From NCBI GenBank assembly GCA_040387495.1, contig JAZKDQ010000001.1, positions 124,001 through 188,000 of the forward strand: DNA of 64,000 bases. The letters are read 5' to 3'. Below the pieces are notes generated by a model. It worked only from the letters and a program-made list of their open reading frames with translations, was not told the DNA's origin and did no database searches. The DNA is from Pseudomonadota bacterium. GTDB taxonomy: Bacteria > Pseudomonadota > Alphaproteobacteria > Paracaedibacterales > CAIOTO01. Below are positions 21,513 to 31,490 of the stretch, one piece after another. A program made the translations under genes and the position numbers. Each line of letters opens with the position of its first letter. The stretch's first letter is position 1.

Positions 21513-22819
21513 ATCAAACTCATAATTAAAAAGAGGGGTAACAGTATCAACAACGACCAACCCATGTACCCTAAAAAGCTAGGCATAGTGATACCATGTT
21601 GTTTCGCAATGCTCCGTACCATAAAGTTAGGTGCATTACCGATATACGTTAGCGCACCCATGAAGACGGCGCCAAGCGAAATTGCAATAAGGATAGGTGA
21701 ATGTTTGGTTGTAAGTTCAGCAGCATTTCCACCCGCTAGTTTGAAAAACACTGCATACGTGGGGGCATTATCAAGGAAAGATGAGAAAAGACCAGTTAAC
21801 CAAAAATAGTAAGGGGCTGGGTTGGTTGTTGTCATAAGAGTTAACAATGGCGCAAACGGGCCATTCTTTCCTGCTGCTAACATCTGACTGACGGGCGAAA
21901 GGGTGATGAAAATGCACAAAAATACGCGTGCGATTTCAGATATAGGTTGAAAATTGAAATGTTGCTTTTTGTGAATATGGTGCGGGGTTATGCTATAAGA
22001 TAAAAAGCCCAAGCTAAAAAATGTAAAAACACGTATGGAATCAATTAATGTAATGTGTACGTCAAACATTTTTGCTAATTGTATGGTTGGCAGGATTGGT
22101 GTTGCGATGACGGTGATAATAATAACAAACAGAAGTCCTATGTTTCTTTTTCCCTCGATGCTCATTTTAAACGGCATATCAACGCTGTGAAAAGCTTCTC
22201 GTCTGAATAAATAAGAATCAACACACCAATACATAGCAGTCAAGGCAATAAAAACAAACAAGAATGGTTGCCATAAATGCGTTAATGGCCAGAAGAAAGG
22301 AACTTTCATAAGGTATCCCAGAAACAATGGTGGGTCGCCTAGTGGTGTTAAGCATCCAGCGATATTTGATACGATGAATATAAAAAAAACCACTGTATGT
22401 ATCAGGTACGTTCGATCTTTATTAAAGTGTAGAAGGGGTCTTATGAATAAAATCGAAGCGCCTGTTGTGCCCACAAAACTTGCCATAAATGAAGCTATGG
22501 TTAAAAGACATACGTTTTTTAATGGCGTGCCACGCGAATTAAGATGAATATGAACGCCACCCGTAATCGTAAACAAAGCAAAGATCAATGCGACAAAAGG
22601 AATGTATTCAACCCAGATTGTTTCAAACAGGATATGTGAGGCGCCGCTAAGTGTTGTGGATGACATAATAAAAGCGATACTTAATGTACCCCAGAAACCA
22701 AGAATGTGGTTTTCAAAGCGATGCCATATGGTCGGCGCAAGCAGCGGTAAAAGCGATAAACTAAGTAGCGCCCCGATGAAGGGGGTGGCTTGCCAAAAAG
22801 AGGACATAATTGATGCCAA
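21503..22819 (-). CDS. Sodium:proton antiporter / citrate-transporter (IT superfamily) membrane protein
   Basis: Many TM segments; GTTGASIL.IRP, LTPLGDPPLFLGY, LDNAPTY, TYIGNAPNFMV. Confidence 0.88.
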   Translation of the reverse strand: MASIMSSFWQATPFIGALLSLSLLPLLAPTIWHRFENHILGFWGTLSIAFIMSSTTLSGASHILFETIWVEYIPFVALIFALFTITGGVHIHLNSRGTPLKNVCLLTIASFMASFVGTTGASILFIRPLLHFNKDRTYLIHTVVFFIFIVSNIAGCLTPLGDPPLFLGYLMKVPFFWPLTHLWQPFLFVFIALTAMYWCVDSYLFRREAFHSVDMPFKMSIEGKRNIGLLFVIIITVIATPILPTIQLAKMFDVHITLIDSIRVFTFFSLGFLSYSITPHHIHKKQHFNFQPISEIARVFLCIFITLSPVSQMLAAGKNGPFAPLLTLMTTTNPAPYYFWLTGLFSSFLDNAPTYAVFFKLAGGNAAELTTKHSPILIAISLGAVFMGALTYIGNAPNFMVRSIAKQHGITMPSFLGYMGWSLLILLPLFLIMSLIWL

Positions 22820-23053
22820 ATTGAGTGAGATAAGTTAGTGTAACCAGGTTTTGTTTAAGGCTCAATGGGGTTGGCAGATTAAAGTGTTATGCATACGTTC
22901 ATGTTTTGAAAAAAATTAAGTGTAGTGATAGGTCGCGATAAAAATTCCTGTATTTCAAAGACCTTTTGAATTAATGTATGAAAAAGCGAATGAAATGGAG
23001 AGCGTTGATTTCATGTTTAGTGCGTATTTTATAGTTTTTTTTGAGGCCTTTTT

Positions 23054-23890
23054 ATGAAATCAATCTTTAATTTTAAGCATATAATGACGGGCATGCTTCT
23101 AATTTATATAATGATTTGTATTGGAGTATGGGGATTTCAACGACATCTAATTTACAAACCAGATACAAATATTCAATCTCCTCAATCGTATGGTTTGCAA
23201 GGATTTGAGGACTTACGATTAAAAGTTGCAGATGGAACAGTAGTACAAGTTTGGCATCACCCAGCTCAAACAGGGTTTCCAACCCTTATTTATTTTCATG
23301 GTAATGCAGGAAACTTAGGAAATTACGTTAATATCTTTAAGATATATGCGCACGCAGGATTTGGTATCTTAGGGTTAGGCTACAGAGGATTTGGTGCAAG
23401 CCAAGGAAGTCCTGCAGAGCAGGGTCTTTACCAGGATGCACGCGCTGTCATTCATTATGCACTGAAAGATCTTCAAATTCCGAAAGATAAAATTATTCTT
23501 TATGGGAAGTCTCTTGGCAGCGGTGTTGCCGTTCAAATGACGATCGAGTCCCCTATGGCTGCTTTAGTTTTGCAATCTCCCTATACATCCATTGCAAAAA
23601 GAGGGCAAGATCGTTACCCCTTGCTTCCTGTGAATTTACTGATACAAGATCGTTTTGATTCGCTCAGTAAAATACAGCATATTCATAGTCCATTACTTAT
23701 TTTACATGGAGAGCAAGATACGATTGTCCCTGTGGAAGATGGAAAAGCATTATTTGCAGCAGCACCTTATCCTAAAACTGTGGTTTATTTTCCTCTCAAG
23801 GGTCACAATGATTTTGATAATGAAAAATTGCTAGAGGAGTTACTGACTTTTTCTAAAGAAACTAAGCTCATTTCGCTAAAAGGTTCATAA
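23054..23890 (+). CDS. Alpha/beta hydrolase (ABHD13/BEM46-like), N-terminally anchored
   Basis: YFHGNAGN, YRGFG.S.G.P.E.GL, nucleophile GKSLG, HGEQD, GHND. Confidence 0.92.
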   Translation: MKSIFNFKHIMTGMLLIYIMICIGVWGFQRHLIYKPDTNIQSPQSYGLQGFEDLRLKVADGTVVQVWHHPAQTGFPTLIYFHGNAGNLGNYVNIFKIYAHAGFGILGLGYRGFGASQGSPAEQGLYQDARAVIHYALKDLQIPKDKIILYGKSLGSGVAVQMTIESPMAALVLQSPYTSIAKRGQDRYPLLPVNLLIQDRFDSLSKIQHIHSPLLILHGEQDTIVPVEDGKALFAAAPYPKTVVYFPLKGHNDFDNEKLLEELLTFSKETKLISLKGS

Positions 23891-24595
23891 ATGCAAAAAT
23901 ATAGAAAAATGAATATGAAAAAACATGTTTTTAGAATAATTGGTTTAGTATTGATCGTAAGTGCGTGCATCGGAGTATATATGTTTATGAAGCCAAATCC
24001 TATGCACATGAAGGCAAATTCTTGGGAAACATATTTAAAGAAAACGTTGGATTGGTCAAGCAGACCTTTTATTGTTAGCACTTTAAGCAAAATTCCTAGT
24101 CCAAAAGAAGGTGCAATTGCGCTTGATATGGGAGCCGGCGCAGGAAATGAAACATTGCTTTTGCTAGGAAAAGAATTTGATGTAATTGCAATTGATAGTG
24201 AAAAAGTAGCGTTTGATTTAATGCTGAAGCGTCCTGAAATTATAAAACATCAAGGTCGTTTGAAAACGATTCAATCAAACTTTCAAAATCTTGACTTTGA
24301 AAGTTTGCCCTTAGTAGATGTTGTCGTGGCAAGCTTTTCGATTCCTTTTTGTCCACCGAAATATTTTGATCGATTTTGGCAGGACCTGGTTTCTAAAATT
24401 AAGCCAGGTGGATATTTTGTTGGCAACACCTTTTCTTTAGAAAGTGGCTCTTATTTTATAAAACGTAAGAATCAAATGACATTTCATAATGATAAGCAAA
24501 CCATCGATCTTTTTAAAGATTTTAATATTATATCAAAAACTAAGGATGCAGCGACTTTTGAAAGTTATATGATTTTTGCACAAAAGAAACAATAA
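23891..24595 (+). CDS. Class I SAM-dependent methyltransferase with N-terminal hydrophobic segment
   Basis: ALDMGAGAGNET, VIAID, IKPGGYFVG. Confidence 0.87.
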   Translation: MQKYRKMNMKKHVFRIIGLVLIVSACIGVYMFMKPNPMHMKANSWETYLKKTLDWSSRPFIVSTLSKIPSPKEGAIALDMGAGAGNETLLLLGKEFDVIAIDSEKVAFDLMLKRPEIIKHQGRLKTIQSNFQNLDFESLPLVDVVVASFSIPFCPPKYFDRFWQDLVSKIKPGGYFVGNTFSLESGSYFIKRKNQMTFHNDKQTIDLFKDFNIISKTKDAATFESYMIFAQKKQ

Positions 24596-24722
24596 TTTTG
24601 TCTATGCCCAGGAACGCTTAATTATTAATATAAGGCATCATTGTAGAAAAAACATACTTGTCAAATGTGTTTTTTTAAGCCTTAATAATTAATGTGAAAA
24701 TTTATTGAAATCATAACGTTCT

Positions 24723-26660
24723 ATGACGCATCCTGCTCACTCATCAGGCTCTTCTTTTGATGTATATCACGAAATGTATCGCGAATCTGTGACAAATCCT
24801 GAATGTTTTTGGTTTGTTCAGGGTCAGCGTCTTACTTGGTTTAAGCCTTATACAATTGCTAAAAATACATCATTTGAACCTGGTAATATTAGTCTGAAAT
24901 GGTTTGAAAATGGTGTACTTAATGCATGCTACAACTGCGTGGATCGGCATGTTGTTACCAAAGGTGATAAAGTTGCTATTATTTATGAAGGTGATAAGCC
25001 GGTCAACCATGGAACGTTGACGTTTAGTCAACTACAGGATGAAGTTTCTAAATGTGCTAATGGTCTTAAAGCGTTGGGTGTCACCAAAGGTGATCGTGTT
25101 ATTATTTATCTGCCTATGATACCAGAGGCTGCAATTACAATGCTTGCCTGCGCTCGTATTGGTGCTGTCCATTGCGTGGTATTTGGCGGATTTTCATCTG
25201 AAGCGTTGGCGTCTCGCATTGCTGATTGCGCGCCAAAACTTATTATTACTGCAGATATTAGCTATCGCGGTGGTAAGCCTATCCATTTTAAAGCGAATGT
25301 CAATAAAGCGTTAACATATGCAGGAACTGATTCTATTAAAAATGTATTGGTGGTTTCCAAGACGAGTGCCTGGCAAGGAGACTCAGATAAAGATATTCAT
25401 TATGAAACATTCATAAGTACGCAGGAAAATGCATGTCCATGCGAGCCAATGAATGCTGAAGATCCATTGTTTATTTTGTATACATCAGGCTCAACTGGCA
25501 AACCAAAGGGCCTTGTGCATACAACGGGTGGCTATCTTGTTTATGCTGCTATGACGCATGAGCATGTTTTTGATGTTCGAGAGAGCGATGTTTTTTGGTG
25601 CACGGCAGATGTAGGCTGGATCACTGGACATTCATATGTGGTTTATGGCTCGCTTTGTAATGGTACAACGACATTGATGTTTGAAGGCGTGCCAAATTAC
25701 CCTGATGCAAGTCGTTTTTGGCAGATTGTTGATCGCTATAATGTTTCACTTTTTTATACTGCACCGACGGCGCTTCGTGCTTTAAAAAGTATGGGAGATG
25801 ATTATCTTGTGACAACATCGCGTGCATCTCTAAGGATACTTGGCACAGTAGGGGAGCCAATTGATCCAACAACATGGAAATGGTATTTTGATAAAGTCGG
25901 AAATAAGAAGGCTTATGTTACTGATACATGGTGGCAAACGGAAACAGGTGGCCAAATGATTGCGCCGATGGCGCGATATAATACGCCAAATAAGCCGGGA
26001 TCTGTGGCATTGCCATTTTTTGGTGTGCAGCCGGCAATTCTGAATAATGATGGGACTGTAGTCAAAGGCGCGGGCCGTGGTAATTTGTGTATAAAGGATT
26101 CATGGCCAGGTCAAGCACGAACGATGTTTAACGCGCATGCACAGTTTGAACAAATTTATTTCTCACCATTTGACGGGTATTATATAACTGGCGATGGTGC
26201 TGAACGTGATGCAGATGGATATTACTGGATTACAGGCCGCGTTGATGATGTATTGAATGTGTCAGGGCATCGTTTGGGCACAAATGAGTTAGAATCAGCG
26301 TTGTCTAAACATGAAATGATTGCTGAAGCAGCTGTTGTTGGGTATCCTCATTCTATAAAAGGGCAGGGGATTTATGCTTTTGTGGTCTTGTATGATCAGA
26401 ATGAGGCGACTGACACACTTAAAGCTGAACTAATTTCTCATATGCGTCAAATTATTGGTCCAATAGCAACGGTTGATGTGATTCAATGGACAGAGGGACT
26501 GCCAAAAACACGGTCTGGTAAAGTTATGCGTCGGATTTTACGTAAGATTGCCGAAGGAGATGTAGATAGTTTGGGTGATGTGAGTACATTGGCTGATGAG
26601 GGCGTCGTCGGACGACTTGTGAATGGTAGTTTGAAAAACAGGTCTTCTTCTGCAAAATAA
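24723..26660 (+). CDS. acs: Acetyl-CoA synthetase
   Basis: YTSGSTGKPKG, DTWWQTETG, GRVDD, LPKTRSGKVMRR. Confidence 0.98.
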   Translation: MTHPAHSSGSSFDVYHEMYRESVTNPECFWFVQGQRLTWFKPYTIAKNTSFEPGNISLKWFENGVLNACYNCVDRHVVTKGDKVAIIYEGDKPVNHGTLTFSQLQDEVSKCANGLKALGVTKGDRVIIYLPMIPEAAITMLACARIGAVHCVVFGGFSSEALASRIADCAPKLIITADISYRGGKPIHFKANVNKALTYAGTDSIKNVLVVSKTSAWQGDSDKDIHYETFISTQENACPCEPMNAEDPLFILYTSGSTGKPKGLVHTTGGYLVYAAMTHEHVFDVRESDVFWCTADVGWITGHSYVVYGSLCNGTTTLMFEGVPNYPDASRFWQIVDRYNVSLFYTAPTALRALKSMGDDYLVTTSRASLRILGTVGEPIDPTTWKWYFDKVGNKKAYVTDTWWQTETGGQMIAPMARYNTPNKPGSVALPFFGVQPAILNNDGTVVKGAGRGNLCIKDSWPGQARTMFNAHAQFEQIYFSPFDGYYITGDGAERDADGYYWITGRVDDVLNVSGHRLGTNELESALSKHEMIAEAAVVGYPHSIKGQGIYAFVVLYDQNEATDTLKAELISHMRQIIGPIATVDVIQWTEGLPKTRSGKVMRRILRKIAEGDVDSLGDVSTLADEGVVGRLVNGSLKNRSSSAK

Positions 26661-26762
26661 AATGTGTAGAAACATTCTGTAATACTTTGTAACAAACCAC
26701 TCATTGAGGTTTTCGTATCTATCACTTATCCTTAGTATATAAGAATTTATTTGATTTAAGTT

Positions 26763-27707
26763 ATGCGCACGCAGCTAAATATTGTTCCTACTGTACAGCC
26801 TGCCATTTTCTCGATGCCGGTGATGGCTGTAAACCAATCACCTTTCATGCAAGCAACACTTGCACATGAGGTTTCGTTTGAGGGTATTGGAATGCATTTG
26901 GGGTTGCCTGTTAGCATGACAATTCGTCCCGCTGCACCATATACTGGATTTGTATTTATCCGTAGCGATATTCAAGGTAAAGATGCCCGTATTCCAGCAG
27001 TCTATGATGCTGTTGTTGATACGATGATGTGTACAAAAATTTCGAATGTGTATGGTGTGACTATTTCTACAGTTGAGCATGTTATTGCTGCTCTTCAAGG
27101 TATGGGCATTACGAATGCTGAAATCACCGTTTCGAGTGCTGAAGTTCCAATTATGGATGGTAGTTCTTGTATTTACACAGAGCAACTAGCGCATGTTGGG
27201 CGTTCAGTTCAGTCAGCACGTCAACGTACACTTAAAATTCAAGCACCTGTTCGTGTGAGCAATGATACGGGGTTTGCTGAATTTGTACCATCTCATTCGC
27301 GCATATTTGATATTAATGTTGATTTCGCTGGTCGTTTAACAGGCAGCGGCTTTGAAACACGATTTACATTTGATTTAGATAATGATGATTTTCATGTGTT
27401 GTTGTCTGATGCAAGGACATATGGTTTTTATGAAGATGCAGTAAAGCTGCAGAAAGCTGGCCTTGCAAAAGGTGCATCACTTGATAATGCAGTTGTGTTT
27501 CAGGATAAAATAGTTTTGAATGAGGGCGGTCTTCGTTCGAACGACGAACTTGTACGCCATAAAGTGCTTGATGCAGTCGGTGATATAGCATTAAGTGGTT
27601 GCGCTATTATGGGAACGTTCCGTGCGCATAATCCAGGACATGGTCTTAATAATCAACTTTTACGTGTATTGTTTGCAACGCCGAGTGCATTTTCCTGGGT
27701 TGATTAA
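26763..27707 (+). CDS. lpxC: UDP-3-O-acyl-GlcNAc deacetylase
   Basis: TVEH, EVPIMDGSS, ARTYGF, HKVLDAVGD, GH.LN. Confidence 0.96.
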   Translation: MRTQLNIVPTVQPAIFSMPVMAVNQSPFMQATLAHEVSFEGIGMHLGLPVSMTIRPAAPYTGFVFIRSDIQGKDARIPAVYDAVVDTMMCTKISNVYGVTISTVEHVIAALQGMGITNAEITVSSAEVPIMDGSSCIYTEQLAHVGRSVQSARQRTLKIQAPVRVSNDTGFAEFVPSHSRIFDINVDFAGRLTGSGFETRFTFDLDNDDFHVLLSDARTYGFYEDAVKLQKAGLAKGASLDNAVVFQDKIVLNEGGLRSNDELVRHKVLDAVGDIALSGCAIMGTFRAHNPGHGLNNQLLRVLFATPSAFSWVD

Positions 27708-27754
27708 TTAGTAAAATCCATTAGCTTGTTATTATATAATTGTTCTCTAGAATT

Positions 27755-27880
27755 GACATTATCTGATTTAATCCGATAATTTATAAAGTTAGAAAAGCAA
27801 ATACATGGAGTATTGTAAATAATATGAAATTTATATGCTGCTGAGATGATAGAGATCTTCGGATCAAGTCCGAAGATGAC
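27755..27880. repeat. Inverted pair of short REP/RPE-like palindromes
   Basis: GACATTATCTGATTTAATCCGATAAT (27755-27780) and, inverted, GATCTTCGGATCAAGTCCGAAGATGAC (27854-27880), between convergent lpxC and mnmA. Confidence 0.6.
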
Positions 27881-27905
27881 AAATGTGGGAAGTTCTGAGA
27901 GAAAT

Positions 27906-29018
27906 TTAATCTTCTTTATTAAAAATCCAACCACCACCTAATACACGATCTCCATCATAAAATACACCAGCTTGCCCTGCTGCAATGCCGTATTCTGGCT
28001 CTACGAAAGTAACGCGTGCCTCAGTTGGTGATATCGCTTGGATAGTGGCATCGATTGGTGTTGCTGATGATCTTATTTTAATCTGGCATTCATGCGCATC
28101 TTTGAATTGCCGAATGTCACTCAGCCAATTCACCTCTTTAAGATGGATGCTATGTTTAGCTAAAGCTTCTTTTGGCCCTACATAGACACGCTTTAGACCA
28201 GCATCCAGACGCACCACATACAGCGGCTCAGCGCTTGAGATGCCAATGCCTTTTCGCTGTCCTACTGTAAAATTAATAATGCCATTATGTTGGCCAAGTA
28301 TATTCCCATCAACATGCACAATTTCACCTGGATCAAGTGCGCCAGGCCTTAATTTTGAAACGATGGATGCATAATTGCCATTTGGAACAAAACAAATATC
28401 TTGGCTATCTGGTTTTTCAGCGACACTAAGTGAGAAACGTTGCGCATGTTTACGTGTTTCAGCTTTGCTAGCAAATGCACCTAGCGGGAAACGTAAATAA
28501 TCAAGCTGATCTTGTGTGGTTGTAAATAAGAAATAGCTTTGATCACGTGTTTTATCAATGGCTTGATGTAGTTCCGCTTTTTCATTCATAACACGTTTGA
28601 CATAATGCCCAGTTACAAGGGCTTTTGCACCTAAATCATGCGCAGTATCGAGTAAGTCCCGGAATTTCACTTTTTGATTGCAACGAACACATGGAATTGG
28701 GGTTTCACCGCGCATGTATGAATCTGCAAAATCATCGATTACATTTTGGCGAAAGAGCGTTTCATAATCGAGAACATAATGCGGAAACCCAAAACGATCT
28801 GCAACTTGGCGAGCGTCATATATATCCTGTCCTGCACAGCAGGCGCCTTTTTTTTGAATCATTGCGCCATGGTCATAAAGTTGCAGTGTTATACCAACAA
28901 CATCATAGCCTGCTTCAACCATTAATGCTGCTGCAACAGAAGAATCCACGCCGCCTGACATAGCAACAGCAATGCGTGCGCCTTTTTCAATTCCATCAAG
29001 TGCAAACGGTGAAGACAT
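27906..29018 (-). CDS. mnmA: tRNA 2-thiouridylase
   Basis: [44 protein letters not shown]. Confidence 0.98.
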   Translation of the reverse strand: MSSPFALDGIEKGARIAVAMSGGVDSSVAAALMVEAGYDVVGITLQLYDHGAMIQKKGACCAGQDIYDARQVADRFGFPHYVLDYETLFRQNVIDDFADSYMRGETPIPCVRCNQKVKFRDLLDTAHDLGAKALVTGHYVKRVMNEKAELHQAIDKTRDQSYFLFTTTQDQLDYLRFPLGAFASKAETRKHAQRFSLSVAEKPDSQDICFVPNGNYASIVSKLRPGALDPGEIVHVDGNILGQHNGIINFTVGQRKGIGISSAEPLYVVRLDAGLKRVYVGPKEALAKHSIHLKEVNWLSDIRQFKDAHECQIKIRSSATPIDATIQAISPTEARVTFVEPEYGIAAGQAGVFYDGDRVLGGGWIFNKED

Positions 29019-29019
29019 C

Positions 29020-30129
29020 TTAAGCCTTTATTGCTTTTGAATTTGATTTGAATTTACTTAGAAGCTGGTACACAGAGAATGCCATGAGGAATGGATAAAT
29101 CCACTCAAGTATGTAGCCGAGCCAATTGCAAATAGTTTCAAAGCCTAGCAAAGATAATGAGAAGCTTGCAATGACAGTGAAAATAATCGCATGTGGACGA
29201 GAAATTTTATTTTTACAAATATCTTCTTTAACAAAATCAGCAAACAGTGCAGCAAGTATGGTTGCCGTTGCAAGGCATGAAATAGCAAGTGTGACAGCAA
29301 TAAATGGAACAGCATATCGACCAAGTGTTTGTTGCGCGATAACTGCTAACATTGATTCTTGCGGTACATTCGCAAGGAAAGGGCTATACAAATGCCCAAG
29401 CATAACAAGGCCTATATAGCATGCCGCTAATAAAACCCCGCCTACTAAGCTTGCTAAAATGCCCATGCGAATAAGTTTTTCGTCAGATTCATTTTTGCCA
29501 AGAGCGCTTTTTAAATAATGATAAATTGTACTAGCAAAAAAGAAACTCGCTAATAAATCCATTGTTTGATACCCCTTGTGCAAACCAAGGAAGAATGATG
29601 CTGAAGGTGCTATTTCTGAATGTGTAACGGGTGTGGCGAAATAAATGCCAACAACAATTAAAAGGATGTAACTACCTAGTTTTATTGGGGTCAAGAAAAG
29701 ACCAATGATGTCTACGATGCTATTTGTGCGCCAGATAAGTGCGCCAATGGATGTGCAAAAGAAAGCGCTAAATACCCATAATGGTAACGCTGGATACATA
29801 ACTTCGAATCCACCAAAGGCGACATCAACGCAACGTGGAATAACGCCAAAAGGTCCCATTAGCATGAGCATTAGAAGTGTTAAGATGAATGCTGGGGTTT
29901 TACCCAAAACAGAAAAATATTCCTTGCGATCACCTTTGAACTTCATCATGCCAAGCATTCCTAAGAATGGGACACAGACAGCGGTAATGCTAAAACCTAA
30001 AATGGCATAAATATAAAGACTTTGTGATTTGAACCCAATAAGTAATGGAAAAATCAAATTTCCTGATCCAAAGAACATTGAAAACATGGCAAACCCTGCG
30101 GTTAACACGAGCTTAGTTGTAGACGACAT
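29020..30129 (-). CDS. brnQ: Branched-chain amino acid transporter (LIVCS/BrnQ family)
   Basis: [40 protein letters not shown]. Confidence 0.92.
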   Translation of the reverse strand: MSSTTKLVLTAGFAMFSMFFGSGNLIFPLLIGFKSQSLYIYAILGFSITAVCVPFLGMLGMMKFKGDRKEYFSVLGKTPAFILTLLMLMLMGPFGVIPRCVDVAFGGFEVMYPALPLWVFSAFFCTSIGALIWRTNSIVDIIGLFLTPIKLGSYILLIVVGIYFATPVTHSEIAPSASFFLGLHKGYQTMDLLASFFFASTIYHYLKSALGKNESDEKLIRMGILASLVGGVLLAACYIGLVMLGHLYSPFLANVPQESMLAVIAQQTLGRYAVPFIAVTLAISCLATATILAALFADFVKEDICKNKISRPHAIIFTVIASFSLSLLGFETICNWLGYILEWIYPFLMAFSVYQLLSKFKSNSKAIKA

Positions 30130-30290
30130 TGTTAAAAACTCCTTCCCTTTGAATATAAGTATTAATACACGGAAAGTCTATAGAAAAATAAGAAATGTGG
30201 GAGATCCATATTTTTTTAGATCATGCTAAATAGATGAGAATAGAGCTTAATATTCAAAATATTTTTACGGTATTGATGTACGTTCTATTT

Positions 30291-30467
30291 TTACGTGCGT
30301 CCAAATAGTCGTTCAATATCTTTCTGGTGCAGTGTCACATAAGTAGGTCTGCCGTGATTGCACTGACCGGAATTGGGTGTTGATTCAATTTGTCGCAGCA
30401 GGGCATTCATTTCAGCTAGAGACAAGCTTTGCCCAGCGCGAATGCTGGTGTGACAGGGTGTGTGTTG
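30291..30467 (-). repeat. Diverged duplicate of the mutL 3' end (direct repeat of 31491-31666)
   Basis: Offset exactly 1200 bp; 11 mismatches in 167 bp; 30311-30418 identical to 31511-31618; frame intact, reads [16 protein letters not shown]...[12 protein letters not shown]; 5' part of mutL absent. Confidence 0.97.
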
Positions 30468-30470
30468 TTG

Positions 30471-31391
30471 TTATTTTAATTGTTTTAGAGCGTTTTGAGC
30501 TTGCACAAGTCCTTGATTAGCCGCAAGTGTTATCCATTTAATCGCTTCTGTTTTATTTTTCTCAACGCCATCCCCATTATAATACATTACTCCTAAGGTG
30601 TATTGAGCCTCTGGAAAACTTTGGCATGCTGCAAGGCGAAAAAATAAAGCCGCTTTCTGTTTGTTTTGTGTGGTACCTATTCCATCACGATACATCTCCC
30701 CAAGGTTATATTGAGCTTTAGCACTTCCTTGATCGGCTGCAAGATGAAGCCAATGCATTGCTTCTGTTTTATCACTTGTACTACCTAATCCATCACGATA
30801 CATAACACCAAGATTATATTGAGCTTTCACAAATCCTTGATTGGCTGCAAGATGAAGCCACTGTTTTGCTTTTGCCATATCTTTTGCAATATATGATCCC
30901 TCAAGATATATCATTCCAAGGTTATATTGAGATTCAGCATCCCCTTGATTAGCTGCAAGATTGAACCATTTTTCGGCTTCAGTTGCATTTTTTTCTGCAC
31001 CTATTCCAAGATAATAGCAAATACCAAGGTTGCATTGTGCTTCAATTAAACCTTGCTTGGCAGCGAGCTGAAACCATTTCTTTGCTTTTACCGCATCTTT
31101 TTCAATACCAATCCCGTCAAGATACATCATTCCAAGGTTATATTGAGCCTTAGACAATCCCTGATTGGCAGCAAGCTTATACCACCGTACTGCCTCTTTT
31201 TCATTTTTTTCTACGCCATCACTTTTTGCATACATCGTACCCAATTCATTTTGAGCATTTGAATCCCCTTTTTCGGCGGCATGTCGTAATGTGTCAATTT
31301 TATTTTTAGGTGGTTTAATTGACCAGGCGGGTGTGACCATGGTCGCGATGGACAAAAACGTTATTATTTTTTTAATTAATGATTTTTTCAT
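30471..31391 (-). CDS. Secreted Sel1-like repeat protein (7 full repeats)
   Basis: Signal peptide ending PAWS; 36-aa period AANQG...AQYNLG.MY..G.G...D...A..W. Confidence 0.95.
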   Translation of the reverse strand: MKKSLIKKIITFLSIATMVTPAWSIKPPKNKIDTLRHAAEKGDSNAQNELGTMYAKSDGVEKNEKEAVRWYKLAANQGLSKAQYNLGMMYLDGIGIEKDAVKAKKWFQLAAKQGLIEAQCNLGICYYLGIGAEKNATEAEKWFNLAANQGDAESQYNLGMIYLEGSYIAKDMAKAKQWLHLAANQGFVKAQYNLGVMYRDGLGSTSDKTEAMHWLHLAADQGSAKAQYNLGEMYRDGIGTTQNKQKAALFFRLAACQSFPEAQYTLGVMYYNGDGVEKNKTEAIKWITLAANQGLVQAQNALKQLK

Positions 31392-31490
31392 GTTGCCATC
31401 CTTTTATTAGATATATTTTATATGGGACTTGAATTTTTAATATCAAGGCCTTTGTATGAAATATTCATAAATATTGATTTTTTTGAGTTT

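Noticed and set aside
27704..27937. 77-aa minus-strand ORF
   Set aside because: Overlaps both flanking genes and reads through the palindromic repeats; probably non-coding.
30471..31391. 108-bp nucleotide periodicity as a CRISPR or tandem array
   Set aside because: It is the 36-aa Sel1 coding repeat; no repeat-spacer structure or cas genes were seen.
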